Positions 49,940 to 63,740 of a stretch of DNA of 64,000 nt are shown here, piece after piece. The position numbers were made by a program, and so were the translations under genes. Numbering within the stretch: position 1 is the first letter of the stretch; the number at the start of each line of letters is the position of its first letter. The notes under the pieces are model-generated. The model was given only the letters and a program-made list of their open reading frames with translations. It did not search any database and had not been told where the DNA came from. The DNA comes from Mustelus asterias (lineage: Eukaryota). The stretch covers positions 1,922,001 to 1,986,000 of the forward strand of contig NW_027590120.1 in NCBI RefSeq assembly GCF_964213995.1, given 5' to 3'.

Positions 49940-50700
49940 CAGTGCTCAGCACCGACAACTGCCAGTTTCCAGATGCAATTTTACAACTCATCCGCTTAAT
50001 CCTGGACCACAATGTCTTCACCTTCAACAACCAGTTCTTCATCCAGACACACGGAACAGCCATGGGGACCAAATTTGCACCTCAATATGCCAACATCTTC
50101 ATGCACAGGTTCAAACAAGACATCTTCACCGCACAGGACCTTCAACCGATGCTAGATACACTAGATACATTGATGACATTTTCTTCCTTTGGACTCATGG
50201 TGAACAATCACTGAGACAACTATATGATGACATCAACAAGTTCCACCCCACCATCAGACTCACCATGGACTACTCTCCGGAATCGGTTGCATTCTTGGAC
50301 ACACACATCTCCATTAAGGACGGTCACTTCAGCACCTCACTATACCGCAAGCCCATGGATAACCTCACGATGCTCCACTTCTCCAGCTTCCACCCTAAAC
50401 ACGTTAAAGAAGTCACCCCCTATGGACAAGCCCTCCGTATACACAGGATCTGCTCGGATGAGGAGGATCGCAACAGACACCTCCAGGCGCTGAAAGATGC
50501 CCTCATAAAGAACAGGATATGGCGCTCAACTCATCGATCGACAGTTCCGACGTGCCACAGCGATAAACCGCACCGACCTCCTCAGAAGACAAACACGGGA
50601 CATGGTGGACAGAATACCCTTTGTCGTCCAGTACTTCCCCGGAGCGGAGAAGCTACGGCATCTCCTCAGGAGCCTTCAACATGTCATTGATGAAGACGAA
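49940..50700 (+). mobile_element. Penelope-like element internal RT fragment
   Basis: NVFTFNNQFFIQTHGTAMGTKFAPQYANIFM, YIDD-like and AFLD...TSLYRKP motifs; frameshifted. Confidence 0.9.
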
Positions 50701-51303
50701 GGTTTGTGACAAATCCCCACATTAACATGGTCAATTCCCCCATATTTCTGTGCTTGTGTCTCCAATTGGGCCCCCAGACTGCCATCATTTCCATCCACTA
50801 ATGGAAATGTTCATATATTTGGCATGGTGTGACAGCCCTATGGCTGTAAAATGGTAGATCCTCTGGCTCAGTATGAGCTGTGACTTGGTGGACGGGCTAT
50901 GAATGTGATATAAATACAGCCTTACAGATGATGCATTTCGTCCAAGTCAACTTGACAGTCAAATGATGAGGGCTGAATGGACTCCCCGAACTCTCTCGTT
51001 GCATATTGTTCTTATTGAATGGGATCATACCTATCCAAGCAGTGTAAAAAAAAGGAAACAACAGGAAACAAGTAGCCAGAGTAAATCTTGGTCCAGAGGA
51101 AGCTCACTTCAAAAGCAACTAACTTGTGTTAATATTAAAAACATTTGCAACATATTGTTTGACACAAAACTGATTCAGTTTAATTTTATCCAGAACATTA
51201 ACACCTATTACCGAGCTGCAGTTTATGAACACCAGCAGAATAGGACCCTAATGAATGTTGTTCAGTCCTGGGTGTGATTAACAGCAAAGTCTAACTCCTG
51301 CCT

Positions 51304-52579
51304 TCACTTATGAATTCGCTGATGCGTCAGCAGGTTGGATTTCCGAGTGAATCCCTCCCCACACTTGGAGCAGGTGAATGGTTTCTCACCAGTATGAACT
51401 CGCTGGTGTTCAATTAGTATCGACGATCGACTGAACCCAGTCCCACATTGAGAGCACATGAATGGCCTCTCGTCAGTGTGAACACGTTGGTGGGACCTCA
51501 GATCTCCAGATCGTTTGTAGCACTTCCCACAGTCTGGGCATTTGAAAGGTCTCTCCTCAGTGTGAACCCGCTGGTGAGCCATGAGTTGGGAGGACTGAGT
51601 GAATCCCTTCCCACAATTGGAGCAGGTGAACGGTCTCTCCCCAGTGTGAGTTCGCTGGTGTTCAGTGAGATGGGATGATTGCCTGAATCCAATTGCACAG
51701 TGAGAGCATCTGAATGGTCTCTTGTCAGTGTGAACATGCTGATGGGATTTCAGTTCTCCAGAACTTTTATAGTAATTCCCACAGTCTGGGCACTTGAAAG
51801 GTCTCTCTCCAGAGTGAACCCGCTGGTGCACCATGAGTTGGGATGACCGACTAAATCCCTTCCCACACTCCGTGCAGGTGAATGGCCTTTTCCCAGTGTG
51901 AATTCGCTGGTGTACAGTGAGTTGAGATGATTGCCTGAACCCAGTCCCGCAGTGCGAGCACCTGAACGGTCTCTCCTCAGTGTGAACACGTTGGTGGTAC
52001 GTCAGTTCCCAGGAACTTTTATAGCCCTTTCCACATTCTGAACAGTGAAAAAGGTCTTTCCTCGGTGTGAACTTGCTGATGGCGTGTCAGTTCCCGGGAA
52101 CTTTTAAAGCACTTCCCACATGCTGGACATTTAAAAGGTCTCTTGTCAGTGTGAACTCGCTGGTGTGATAGCAGGTTGCTTGTGTGAATGAATCCCTTCC
52201 CACACTGGGAGCAGGTGAATGACCTCTCCCCGGTGTGAACTCTCTGGTGTACCAGCAGATTGGAGGACTGAGTGAATCCCTTCCCACATTTGGAGCAGGT
52301 GAATGGTCTCTCTCCAGTGTGAACTTGCCGGTGTCTGAGCAGGTTGAACGACTGAGTGAATCCTTTCCCACACACAGAGCAGGTGAACGGCCTCTCCCCA
52401 GCATGAACTCGCTGGTGAATTTCCAGTTCAGATGGGGAATAGAATCCTTCCTCGCAGTCCCCACATTTCAACGGCTTCTCTTCAGTGTGACGGCACTTGT
52501 GGTTCGTGGGGTCAGATGATTCATACACAGAACACGTGTACAGATTCTCCCCACTGCAATCGATGCTTTTTTCTTCCAT
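51304..52579 (-). pseudogene. 14-finger ZNF gene split by a single +1 frameshift (gene E); pseudogene or assembly error
   Basis: MEEKS start at 52579; one extra base in the A5 run at 52048-52052; removing it gives a stop-free frame to 51304. Confidence 0.75.
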
Positions 52580-52838
52580 GTTCAAAATCCAATCATGATC
52601 CAATGGTTACAATAATTTGGGCGACTCCATCAGATCCTGATGTGATGTTCGCTTTGTGTTTCCTGACTGAAAATTCTCCTCTTCTAAAACCCTGTGAAAC
52701 TGATTTAAATGGAAAAAAGGCAGTGAGAGAGAACCCACAGAAACACAAAGGCAGGTTGTGAAATTGAGCTGAATGGATCTGGTCATTCGTGAGGCCGGCA
52801 GTAGGAAAAAGTGACCATGGAAACTGCCGGATTGTCAT

Positions 52839-53125
52839 TGGGCGGCACGGTGGCACAGTGATCAGCACTGCTACCTCACAGCGCCAGGGACCTGGGTTTG
52901 ATTCCCGGCTTGGGTCACTGTCTGTGTGGAGTTTGCATGCTCTCTCCGTGTCTGCGTGGGTTTCCTCCGGGTGCTCTGGTTTCCTCCCACAGTCCGAAAG
53001 ACATGCTGCTTAGTTGCATTGACCCGAACAGGTGCTGGAATGTGGCGACTAGGGGAAGTTCACAGCAACTTCATTGCAGTGTTAATGTAAGCCGACTTGT
53101 GACTAATGAATAAACTTTTAACTTT
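52839..53125 (+). mobile_element. V-SINE (alternative tail)
   Basis: Head and core as in the other copies; tail cttgtgactaatgaataaactttt. Confidence 0.85.
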
Positions 53126-53399
53126 AAAAAAACGCAACTGATTCACTAATGTCCTTCAGGGAAGGAAACCTGCTCCCTGGTCAGGGGTGACACAAGACTC
53201 TGGACAATCTGGGAGAAGAGATCGAGGGGGAAGAGGCAGTGAGACACAGGTAGGAGAGGGTGAGACAGAATTGGGCAGCACAGGAAAAAAGGAATTTCAA
53301 ATATTTCAAACTCCCACAACCTCCACCACCTCGATGGAGCAATGAAGCAGGCGTATGGGAACACCATCATCTCCAAGTTCCTTTTCAACTCACACACCA

Positions 53400-53960
53400 T
53401 CCTGACGTGTCTGACATCCAGTACTGGATGAACAGAAACTTCTTCCAATTGAATATTAAGAACAAAGCCGTTGTCTTCAGTCCTCACAACAGACTCCACT
53501 CTCTCTCCCTGGCAACTGTCTGAGGCTGAACCAGACTTCTCACAACCTCAGTGTCCTGGCTCACCCCAAACTGAGCTTCCAGCCACATATCCTCATCATC
53601 ACCCAGAATGTCTATTTCCACCTCAGTAACATCGCCCGAGTCTCAAATCATCTTGTTCAGAAACTCTCATCCATTCCTTTGTTACCTCTGGACTTAACTC
53701 TCCCAGAGCACTCTTTGCTGGCCTCCCGCATTCAGCCTCCCTGCAATCCTCAGGTCATCCAAAACTCTGCTGTCTGTGTAATTACTCAAGACTTGTTCAC
53801 CCATCACCCCTGTGCTCACCGACCTATAAAGGTTCCTGTTTAAGAACCACTAACATTTTAAAACTCCCGTTCTTGTTTCCAAATTTCTCCATGACTGCGA
53901 CCACTCCTCTCTCTGTAATATCCTTCAGTCACACAATTCTCCATCATCGATGCTCTCCCC
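53400..53960 (+). mobile_element. Old L2-like LINE fragment
   Basis: SDIQYWMNRNFFQLNIKNKA motif and ...catcacccctgtgctc...; duplicated at 54900-55340. Confidence 0.65.
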
Positions 53961-53969
53961 TAATTCCAG

Positions 53970-54420
53970 CCTCTCTTCAGTGTGAACATATTGATGGGAT
54001 GTCAGTTCCTGGGAACTTTTATAGCACTTCCCACAGTCTGGGCATTTAAAAGGTCTCTCGTCAGTGTGAACTCGCTGTTTTGTCATGGGTAATGATGACT
54101 GAGTGAATTGTTTCCCACATACAGAGCAGGTGAATGGCCTCTCCCCCAGGTGAAGCTGCTGGTGTTTCAGCAGGTTGTTTGACTTATTGAATCACAACCC
54201 ACACTCAGAGCCAGTTCACAGCCTCTCCCTTGTGTGACTGCGTCGCTGAGTTTCCAGTTTAGACGGTAACTGAAGGCCTTCTCACAGTCCTCATGTTTCC
54301 ACAGTTTTCCCCGGTGTGATAGTGTCTCGACAGGTTAGATGATTGGTTGAAGCCTCATCCACACATAGAACATGTGTACGGTTTTTCCCCACTGTGAACA
54401 GTGCTTTTTCCTTCAATGTT
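53970..54420 (-). pseudogene. Truncated ZNF pseudogene, tandem duplicate of the gene E 5' part
   Basis: Degenerate fingers incl. [16 protein letters not shown]; upstream 54420-55340 is paralogous to 52580-53960. Confidence 0.8.
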
Positions 54421-55709
54421 CAAAATCCCATAATTTGGACAACTCCATCTGATGTGAATGTTTGGTTTGAGTTTCCTGACTACATATCCTCCTCTTTCAA
54501 TACCTCATGAAATTAATTTAAAACAGAGAAAAGGGAGTGAGAGAGTGCCCACAAAAACACAAAGGCAGGTTATGAAATTGAGCTGAATGAATCTGGTAAT
54601 CTGTGGGGCCGACACGAGGAAAAAGTGACCATGGAAGCTCCTGGATTGTCATAAAAACCCAACTGGTTCACTAATGTCCTTTAGGGAAGGGGACTTACCA
54701 CCCAGTCTGGGCCGACACAAGACTCTGGCCTCTATGCGAGGGGAGAGAGGTGAAAGAGGCAGGAACAAAGGAGGTGATTTTCTACTTTGAATTCTAGAAC
54801 TCTGACAAAATTCTCCAAACCTTCAACTTCCACACCAAGGAGGACCAGGTGTATGTGAACACCATAATCTCCAAATTCCCCTCCAACTCGCACACTGTCC
54901 TGCCCTGTCGGATATCCAGTACTGAATGAACAGCAATGTGCTCCATTTAAATACTGGGAAGAAGAAAACCATTGTTTCTCTTCAGTCCCCGCTACAAACT
55001 CCACTCCCAAACTACTGACTCCATTCTTCTCCCTGACAACTGTCTGAGACTGAACCGGACTGTTCCCAGCCTCAATAACAGCTTTCACTCTAAACTGAGC
55101 TCCTGACCTCATATCTGCATCATCACCAAGACTGCCAATTTCCATCTCAGTAACATTATCTGACTCTGTCCTTGATTCTGCTCATCTGCAGCTGGAACTC
55201 TCATCAATTTCTTCGATAACTCCAGACTTAACTATCCGAATGCATTCCCAGCCTCCTACATTCAATCGCCCTGAAGTCTTAAAGTCATCCAAATCTCTGC
55301 TGGCCATGTGCTTACTCACACCAAGTCTTGTTCACTCATCACCCCCGAGCTCACTGCCTGCAAAGGCACTTAGTGTATAACACTTCTTTGAAATGCCCTG
55401 GGAAAGTCTATGACATGGAAGACATATAAATACAGATTGTTATTATTGACATGTATCATCGTTCCTTCATCATCACTGGGTGAATAACCTGTAACTCTTA
55501 CCTAACGAATTGTGGGAGCATCTTCACCACATGGACTGCAACGGTTCAAGAAGGTCAAACACCATCTTGCCCACAGGTACCTGGGGATGGGGAATGTTTG
55601 TGCTGGTCTTGTTAGTGAAAGGACACAGTCTATTTATTTATTAGCATCACAAGTAGGCTTACTTTCACACTGCATTAAAGTTACTGTGAAAACCCCATAG
55701 TCGCCACAC

Positions 55710-56055
55710 AAGTTTATAAAATTATGAGGTGCATAGATAAGGTAACAGTTGGAAGCTTTTTCCCTGGGCAAAAATGACAATCATAAAGAGAGCACAATTC
55801 AAGGTAAGAGGGGAAATGTTCAGTTGAGACATGAGGGGGAAGTTTTTTACACAGTGGGTGGTGGGGGCCTGGAATGCACTGCCAAGCGAGGTGGTCAAGG
55901 CAGATACATTAGCAACATTTAAAACTTAGCTGGATTGGCACATCAACAGACAGGGTATAGAGGGATATAAGCGGTTGGTTTAGATAGGACAACGTGATGG
56001 GCGCAGGCTTGTGGGCCGAAGGGCCTGTTCCTGTGCTGTACTGTTCTTTGTTCTT
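55710..56055 (+). mobile_element. CR1 LINE 3' fragment
   Basis: Matches 26410-26750; tail tgttctttgttcttt. Confidence 0.85.
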
Positions 56056-56059
56056 TATC

Positions 56060-56410
56060 CCCTATCCACACCATCGGGAACAGTGCGCAGGCGCAGTACC
56101 GAACATGGTATGGAGCATGCGCGATGTTAGTGATGGCGAAGGGAGGATCCTTTTGTCTCATCCGCAGCCGGTAAAGATGTGGAAACGCGCAGGGCCGATG
56201 GAGTCGGCGGGTGAACGGGGAGGTTTCTAAATACCTGCTGAAAGCCTCAAACCGCGAATACGGACCTGCAGGTTCCGCGTTTGCAGCTCCGGTTTGTTCT
56301 CCCGGGGCGAAGAGCCCGGTTAACAGCCGCCATCTTAGTTCAGCGGAGGGCAGAGCGCATGCGCTGGCGTCTTGGTGACGCACTTGTGACACAGCAGAGA
56401 GTGGACGGGA
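56060..56410. promoter_or_regulatory. CpG-rich promoter between the E/F genes and gene G
   Basis: NRF1-like GCGCATGCGC (about 56355) and TGCGCAGGCGCA; YY1-like GCCGCCATCTT (about 56326). Confidence 0.6.
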
Positions 56411-57019
56411 TTCAGGATTTCTGTTTTTAACTGGGTCCTAGTGCCCGAGTCACATAAAAGGTTCAGAGACACTGGTCAGAACTTTCTGGTTCAGTTCGGA
56501 AGGTTCCCTTTGGTTTTGTTGATGCTTTGGTTGTTGATTTTTGTCTTTCAGTTCGTTTGGACCATATGATTGGAGGGAATAAGAAAGGAAAGGATGTTCC
56601 ATCCGAACTAGAATTGTCTGTTTTGAATTTCTATCCTGTATTTACACTGATAACTTCTGTAAACTCCTTTTGCAGGGAATTAGGATGGGAGGATTGACAG
56701 GTGGGAAATTTAAATCAAACATCACATTGAGATCTGACAGTCATTCGATTCATCAGGACCTGAATATCAATGTGGAAGGAGAAATGTTTATTTGTTCTGT
56801 CTGTGGGAAAAGATTTCAGACATCAGTGTGATTGGAAAAGCACCGAGACACACACGCACCCGAGTGAAGGTGTTCCAGTGAACTGACTGTGGAAAGAGCT
56901 TGAACCAGTTACACAGCCTGAAAAAACATCACACCATTCACAGCAGGGAGGAACCGTACATGTGCAGTGTGTGTAGTCAACTGATCATCAACCTGGAGAG
57001 ACACAAGGATACCGGCACC

Positions 57020-57778
57020 ATGGAGAAACCATGGAAATGTGAGGATTGTGGGAAGGGATTCAAATGGCCATCCCAGCTGGAAATCCATCAGCGCACTCAC
57101 ACTGGGGAGAGGCCATTCACCTGCTCCATGTGTGGGAAGGGATTCAGAGAGTCATCCAACCTGCTGCAACACCAGCGAGTTCACACTGACCTGAGACCTT
57201 TTAAATGTCCAGACTGCGGGAAGGGCTATAAAAGTTCTGGGGACCTGATGTCCCATCAACGTGTTCACACTGACCAGAGGCCATTTAGGTGCTCTCACTG
57301 CGGGACTGGGTTCAGGAAATCATCTGAATTCACTGTACACCAGCGCACTCACACTGGGGAGAGGCCATTCACCTGCTCCATGTGTGGGAAGGGGTTCATT
57401 AATTCATCCAACCTGTCGAGACACCAGCGCACTCACTCTGATGCAAGAACTTTTAAATGTCCTGACTGTGAGGAGAGCTTTAAAAACAGTGATAATCTGC
57501 TGAGACATCGACGCACTCACACTGGAGAGAGGCCATTCGCCTGCTCTGAGTGTGGGAAGGGATTCACTCGATCAGCCGCACTGCTGACACACCGGCGAGT
57601 TCACAGCGGAGAGAGGCCGTTCACCTGCTCCGAGTGTGGGAAAAGATTTACTTGTTCATCTCATCTATTGAAACACCAGCGCACTCACACTGTGGAGAGA
57701 CCATTCACCTGCTCTGAGTGTGGGAAGGGATTCACTCAATCTTCTAACCTGCTGACACACCAGCAAATTCACAAGTGA
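57020..57778 (+). CDS. C2H2 zinc-finger protein, 9 fingers (gene G); alternative in-frame ATG at 56960
   Basis: ACCATGG MEKPWKC start; acceptor ttttgcag ends at 56675. Confidence 0.88.
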   Translation: MEKPWKCEDCGKGFKWPSQLEIHQRTHTGERPFTCSMCGKGFRESSNLLQHQRVHTDLRPFKCPDCGKGYKSSGDLMSHQRVHTDQRPFRCSHCGTGFRKSSEFTVHQRTHTGERPFTCSMCGKGFINSSNLSRHQRTHSDARTFKCPDCEESFKNSDNLLRHRRTHTGERPFACSECGKGFTRSAALLTHRRVHSGERPFTCSECGKRFTCSSHLLKHQRTHTVERPFTCSECGKGFTQSSNLLTHQQIHK

Positions 57779-58077
57779 GTGCAGAGGTTGGAGTTCTCTG
57801 TTATTGCTGCTGTTGATCACATTGAGGACTAAATGTGTGGATTAAACCTGAGGTGTGTAAGGAATGTGTCCCAGCTGCTCTCTTCCATGGTTCAGAGCTC
57901 CTCGGCACGGAACAGAGGCTCCTTTACAACTGTGTTTAGAGTCAGGAAGAACAACAGTGAATGCTGGAAACATGCTGTCAAATCAGAGATTGTTGTAAAA
58001 CTGGGATCTGTTCCTGAGTGAGAGTGAAACAGCAGGTTTAAGTTTCCTGTCTGGAACTGATTGTGGTAATTATGGTA

Positions 58078-58300
58078 ATCATAGAATCCCTACAATGCAG
58101 AAGGAGGCCATTTGGCCCATCGAGTCTGTACCGACTCTCTGTCAGAGCATCTTCCCCAGACACACCCCTCCCACGCTAGCCCCATTACCCCACGCATTTA
58201 CCCCACTAATCCCCCTAACCATAACATCTTGGGACATCTATGGGGCAATTTAGCATTGGTCAATCTGTCTAACCTGTACATCTTTGCACTGTGGGAGGCA
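58078..58300 (-). mobile_element. HE1-like SINE 3' half
   Basis: atcatagaatccctacaatgcagaaggaggccatt... tail. Confidence 0.7.
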
Positions 58301-59029
58301 ACCAGGGAGCATTTCCGTGGAGATGCTGCTTCTACCCAGAGTGTAATGGTAATGCTGCTGCACTTTGATACGACTGCTCAGACATCAGACTGTGTCAGCT
58401 CTTATTGATACTGAATAAAATCTAACCACTGTCACCAATAAGGGCTATTACTGGGAATCATTTCAGAGTTTGGGAAAAGAGAATAAAGGGCTAATGGACA
58501 CCCCGAATCCCAATTCTATAGATTAAAAGGATGTTCACAATGCTCTGGGTCCAAATGGTTTCTCTTCAGCTCCTCTGCACCTGTTACTGTGACTCCACAC
58601 TTTGGGCACATGGACTGAACCCCAGGGGTTCCGTCACCACCTGCCCCAATCGCCCAGTCTCCTGCCCCGATTGGCTGGAGGCCCATTTCCCAGTCAGTCT
58701 TCCAGCACCTTCCTGTCTCTCTATCAGTGCGACGTCCAGGGCAGTTTCCCAACTGGGGCACAGGCCCCATTATTCTCAGCTAAATTCAGCTCTTAGCTCC
58801 GTTGCCTGGCTGGCATTGACACAAGCAATAGAGACAGAAAGGTGCCCCAGGCTCAAGTGGGAACCTGAAACTTGTAGCTTTCAACAAACTCTTCAACATT
58901 TGTGCATTCAATACCTGTTTTTGTATGAGGTTGTTATTTTTCCATTGAGGCACTGGAGGCAAAGAATAACTTTCCCTTTCTAACTTTGTATTGTCTGTTG
59001 TATCAGCCACGGCGCAGTGGATCACAGTC

Positions 59030-59442
59030 TTCCACAAGAAACTACCAAGGGTCATGAACAAAGCCCAGTCCATCTCACAAACCAGCCTCCCATCCATTGA
59101 CTCTGTCTACACTTCCCGCTGCCTTGGAAAAGCAACCAGCATAATTAAGGACCCCACACAACCTGGACATTCGCTCTTCCATCTTCTTCTGTTGGGAAAA
59201 AGATACAAAAGTCTGAGGACACGTACCAACCGACTCAAGAACAGCTTCTTCCCTGCTGCCATCAGACTTTTGAATGGACTTACCTTGCATTAAGTTGATC
59301 TTTCTCCACATCCTAGCTATGATTGTAACACTACTTTCTGCACTCGTTTCCTTCTCTATGAACGGTATGCTTTGTCTGTATAGCGTGCAAGAAACAATAC
59401 TTTTCACTGTATGTTAATACATGTGACGATAATAAATCAAAT
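59030..59442 (+). mobile_element. Rex1/Babar-like LINE 3' fragment
   Basis: C-terminal IIKDPTQPGHSLFHLL...RTNRLKNSFFPAAIRLLN motif; tail aataaatcaaatc. Confidence 0.7.
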
Positions 59443-61667
59443 CTTCACTCTGAATCTGAAGATTGTTCTTTCCAATCCCAGTCCATTGACCTGAGGCCAA
59501 CATTCAAAGTGCCAGCACTGAGGGAGTGCTGCATTATTAGAGCTGCTGCCTTTAGGATGAGATGCCAACCCAAGTACCCCATCTGCCCCTTTTATCCCCA
59601 AAGTGACCATTACCTGACATCAGAGTTGGGCTGATTGTGACATGACACTTGGTCAATTTGGTTACCAGATTAATTTAACCGGATCCCCAATTACTGACAC
59701 CACCTTCTCTCATTATCTTAGACAGGAATACAATTGCACAGTTTCACACTAACCCTTTATCTGATTCTATACAATCAGCTGTTCAGACAATTTGAAATTT
59801 TGAGACGAATCAGAGCTTGAAGGTCTCTCTTGAAAATACATTTATCATCATTGCACATTCTTCACATACACAGCAATTCAGATTATAATTTTTACAGCAA
59901 ATAAAACTCAGCTTTTACGATAAGCCGACATGTGACACTAATAGATAAATTTAAAAACAGTGACTGATTCTTGATTGATTTATTAATTGTAACTCAATTA
60001 AATCTCACGACTTCTCCAATCATCTATTGCTGATCGCCAGCTAATTAATACAGTAATCTTTAATTAATATACTTGGCTACTACAAGATAGACTAGTTCAG
60101 AAAATGTGTGCCACGGAAATGTATACAGCAACATCATGCTGAGCAGAGCATATAAAAACTGCATTCATCGTGGACCCAAATGTATGGATTTCATTTTTGA
60201 TGAGACTTTGTAGAAATGGAATTGTTATTTTTAAAAGACAGTTTGTAGAAAGACAACAGCTTTCTTCCTTACTAATCCTGACCAGACTGAACCTTATTCT
60301 TCAGCTGGACTTTGGAAGAATATGATATCCTGTAGCTTATCAAAATTAGAGAATAATTTCTTCCTTTAAACAATTTCTGCTGGCTCTGCGGTTTCTGGAA
60401 ACATTTCAGGTGATTCAGTGTTAATATTTTAAAATAAAGATCTAGCCTTTATGATGTAATTGTCTATTACACTGAGTCACGAACGATATCTTAATCAAGG
60501 TTCATTACTGAATCTGTTTCATGACTGGGTTTTAATATAAAATCAATTTGTAGCAAATAAAGACAACTGACAGAAGGTGAACAGACTGTTAGAAGCCACA
60601 TGTTTTGAGTTTAAAATGGCTTCCTTGACCTTGTTACTTATAGCAATGAACATGGTATGAAAATGATTGAATTTTAAAACTAAATTTGATTACCCAGGCC
60701 TGCAGTTTCCTCCATTAGCACAGTCACTACAATTCACAGAACTTCATTCACTGTATAATGCTTCAGGACAAAGGCAGAGTTCGATAGATTCCAGAGAAAC
60801 AAGGTGGTGAAAGGTTATCAGGGGGAGGTGGGAATGTGGAGTTGAGGTTTCAATTAGATCAGCCATGATCGTGTTGAATGGCAGAACAGGCTCCTGATTC
60901 ACATGTTCATCTGACACCCGGTGGTTGTGAGAGGTGCTACAGAAATGCAATTTTTTCTTGTTCTCCACAATATTGTATATATTACACTCAGTCCCTGCAT
61001 CAAAATCATTGTTAAAGGTTGAGTCTAAATTTGACACATTTTGAATGATGGGCTGCTTTTCTCTAGAAAAGAGAAGACTGAAGGGTGACCTGATGGAAGT
61101 CTTTAAGGTTATGAAGGGGTTCAATAATCCAATAGGGATTTCAGTGAGAAACCTCTTTACCAGCGAGTGGTGAGAATGTGGAACTCACTACCACAGCGAG
61201 TGGTTGAGGTGAACAGCATGAATACATTGAAGGGGAAGCTGGATGAGGGAGGGAGAAAGAAATAGAAGGATATGCTGATGGGGGGAGATGAAGAGGGGTG
61301 GGTGGAGGCTCATGTGGAGCATAAATACTGACACAGACCAATTGAGCCGACTGGCCTGGCCCTGTGCTGTAGACTCAATGGAACAGAGACTAATGTATTT
61401 ATTTTAGATCTACCTGTAGTGGTAGGAAAAACACTATTTACTGTCCAGGATAAAATAAATATCCTTCATCAGTTTTTGTGGATCATTTCAGTGGAAATGT
61501 GCCCTCGCTCAAAGAGCATCAGCCCACTGGAGGTAAAGTTGTGAGACCAGCCAGTCCAGCAGAAAGAAACCCTCCGACCCTCTCACTTCACCAACTGTCA
61601 GAATGAACATGCTTCAGTCCTGGATGTGATTAATAGCAGCAATAACAGCAGAATCCAACCCCTGTCA

Positions 61668-62609
61668 TCACTTGTGAACTCGCCGGTGTCTCAGCAGCTT
61701 TGATGACTGAGTGAATCCTTTCCCACAGTCAGAGCAGGTAAACAGTCTCTCCCCAGTGTGAACTCGCTGGTGTGCCCGCAGGTTGGATGAATTACTGAAT
61801 CCTTTCTCACACTGAGAGCAGGTGAATGGTCTCTCTCCGGTGTGAACCCGCTGATGTGTCTGCAGGTGGGATGACTGAGTGAATGTTTTCCCACAATTTG
61901 GGCAGGTGAATGGTCTCTCCCCAGTGTGCAATCGTCGATGTTTCTGCAGATTTGATGCATAAGGGAAACGCTTCCCACACTCAGGGCAGATGAACGGCCT
62001 CTCCCCAGTGTGAACTCGCTGATGTATCAGCAGATAGGATGAATCAGTGAATCCCTTCCCACACTCGGAGCAGCTGAACGGTCTCTCCCTGGTGTGAACT
62101 CGCTGGTGCCTCTGCAGGTTGGATGAATTACTGAATCCTTTCCCACACTCAGAGCAGATGAATGGCCTCTCCCCAGTGTGAACTCGCTCGTGTGTCTGCA
62201 GGTGGGATAACTGAGTGAATCCCTTCCCACACTCTGAACACGTGAACCATTTCTCCCCGGTGTGACCTCGCTGGTGCATCAGCAAGTTGGATGATTCACT
62301 GAATCCCTTCCCACAATCGGAACAAGTGAATGGCTTCTCCCCGCTGTGAACTCGCTTGTGTGTCTGCAGGTGGGATGAACTTGTGAATCCTTTCCCACAC
62401 TCAGGGCAGGTGAATGGCCACTCCCCTGTGTGAACTCGTTTGTGTGTCTGCAGGGAGGATGAATGAGCCAATACCTTCCCACACTCCAAGCAAATGAACG
62501 GCCTCTCCCCAGTGTGATTACATCGATGAGTTTCCAGTTGGTGTGAGAAATTGAATCCTTTACCACAGTCTCCACATTTCCACGGCTTCTCCATGGTGCT
62601 GGTGTCCAT
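61668..62609 (-). CDS. C2H2 zinc-finger protein, 11 fingers, 313 aa (gene H)
   Basis: [12 protein letters not shown]...; acceptor at about 62946; promoter presumably beyond the right edge. Confidence 0.9.
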   Translation of the reverse strand: MDTSTMEKPWKCGDCGKGFNFSHQLETHRCNHTGERPFICLECGKVLAHSSSLQTHKRVHTGEWPFTCPECGKGFTSSSHLQTHKRVHSGEKPFTCSDCGKGFSESSNLLMHQRGHTGEKWFTCSECGKGFTQLSHLQTHERVHTGERPFICSECGKGFSNSSNLQRHQRVHTRERPFSCSECGKGFTDSSYLLIHQRVHTGERPFICPECGKRFPYASNLQKHRRLHTGERPFTCPNCGKTFTQSSHLQTHQRVHTGERPFTCSQCEKGFSNSSNLRAHQRVHTGERLFTCSDCGKGFTQSSKLLRHRRVHK

Positions 62610-63400
62610 GTGTCTCTCCCAGTTTGACAGTCAGCTGAAGCCTCATCCACAACAAAACACCCGAACGGTCTCACCCCAATGTGACTGGTGCTGTCTTTTC
62701 AAGCTGTGTTGGAGTTTTTTTCCACAGTCAGTTCACTGGAACGCTCTCACTCCGATCTATGTGCGTCCATGCTTTTCCAATCACATTTATGGTTGAAATC
62801 TCTTGAAGCAGAAGAACAGACAAATATTTCTCTTTGTAGATGCCAAAGGCGGATGTTGTCCAGGTCCCGATGAATGGAGTTAATCTGTCAGATCACCATG
62901 AGTATTTGTTTTGAGATTTCTGTCTGGAAATCCTCTTCTGATATCCTGTAACACGAATTTCCAAAATTCATCACTGTCAGTGCAACTTAGAAATTCAGAA
63001 AAGACAATTCCAATTTTTATAGAAAATTCTTTACTTTTTCCCACTATACACCCTCCCAATTCTCCTAAAGGTGCCAATTCATGTTGGTTAACCAATCTAT
63101 GCTCATCACTTCCTGTTCAAATGTGTGTAATATGCAGCACTCATTACTTGGTTGGAGATATGGTGGGTGCAGCGAGTGATCATGATCTGGAACTGGGTGC
63201 CCACGGATCTGGTGGCATTGAAAGCAATTAAAGATTTCAAACTGAAATTGGAGGCACACTTGAAGGAAATAATCTTGCAGGAGAATGAGTAGATGGAGGG
63301 GCAATGGGTCTGACTGGATTGCTCTATAAGGAGTTGATATGGACTCCTTCTCTATTGGAATAACGATGCCTGGAAATATATTAACATAGTTACAATGTTC

Positions 63401-63740
63401 TCATAGAAACCCTACAGTGCAGAAAGAGGCCATTCGGCCCATCGAGTCTGCACCGACCACAATCCCACCCAGGCCCTACCCCCATATCCCTACATATTTT
63501 ACCCACTAATCCCTCTAACCTACACATCTCAGGACACTAAGGGGCAATTTTAGCATGGCCAATCAACCTAACCCGCACACCTTTGGACTGTGGGAGGAAA
63601 CCGGAGCACCCGGAGGAAACCCATGCAGACACGAGGAGAATGTGCAAACTCCACACAGACAGTGACTCGAGGCCAGAATTGAACCCAGGTCCCTGGAGCT
63701 GTGAAGCAGCAGTGCTAACCACTGTGCTACCGTGCTGCCC
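63401..63740 (-). mobile_element. HE1-like V-SINE, full length (partial copy follows at 63764-63932)
   Basis: Near-identical to 8101-8446. Confidence 0.9.

Noticed and set aside
59450-60750. AT-rich unique-looking stretch (also 6960-7810)
   Set aside because: No ORF, repeat structure or motif I can support by eye.
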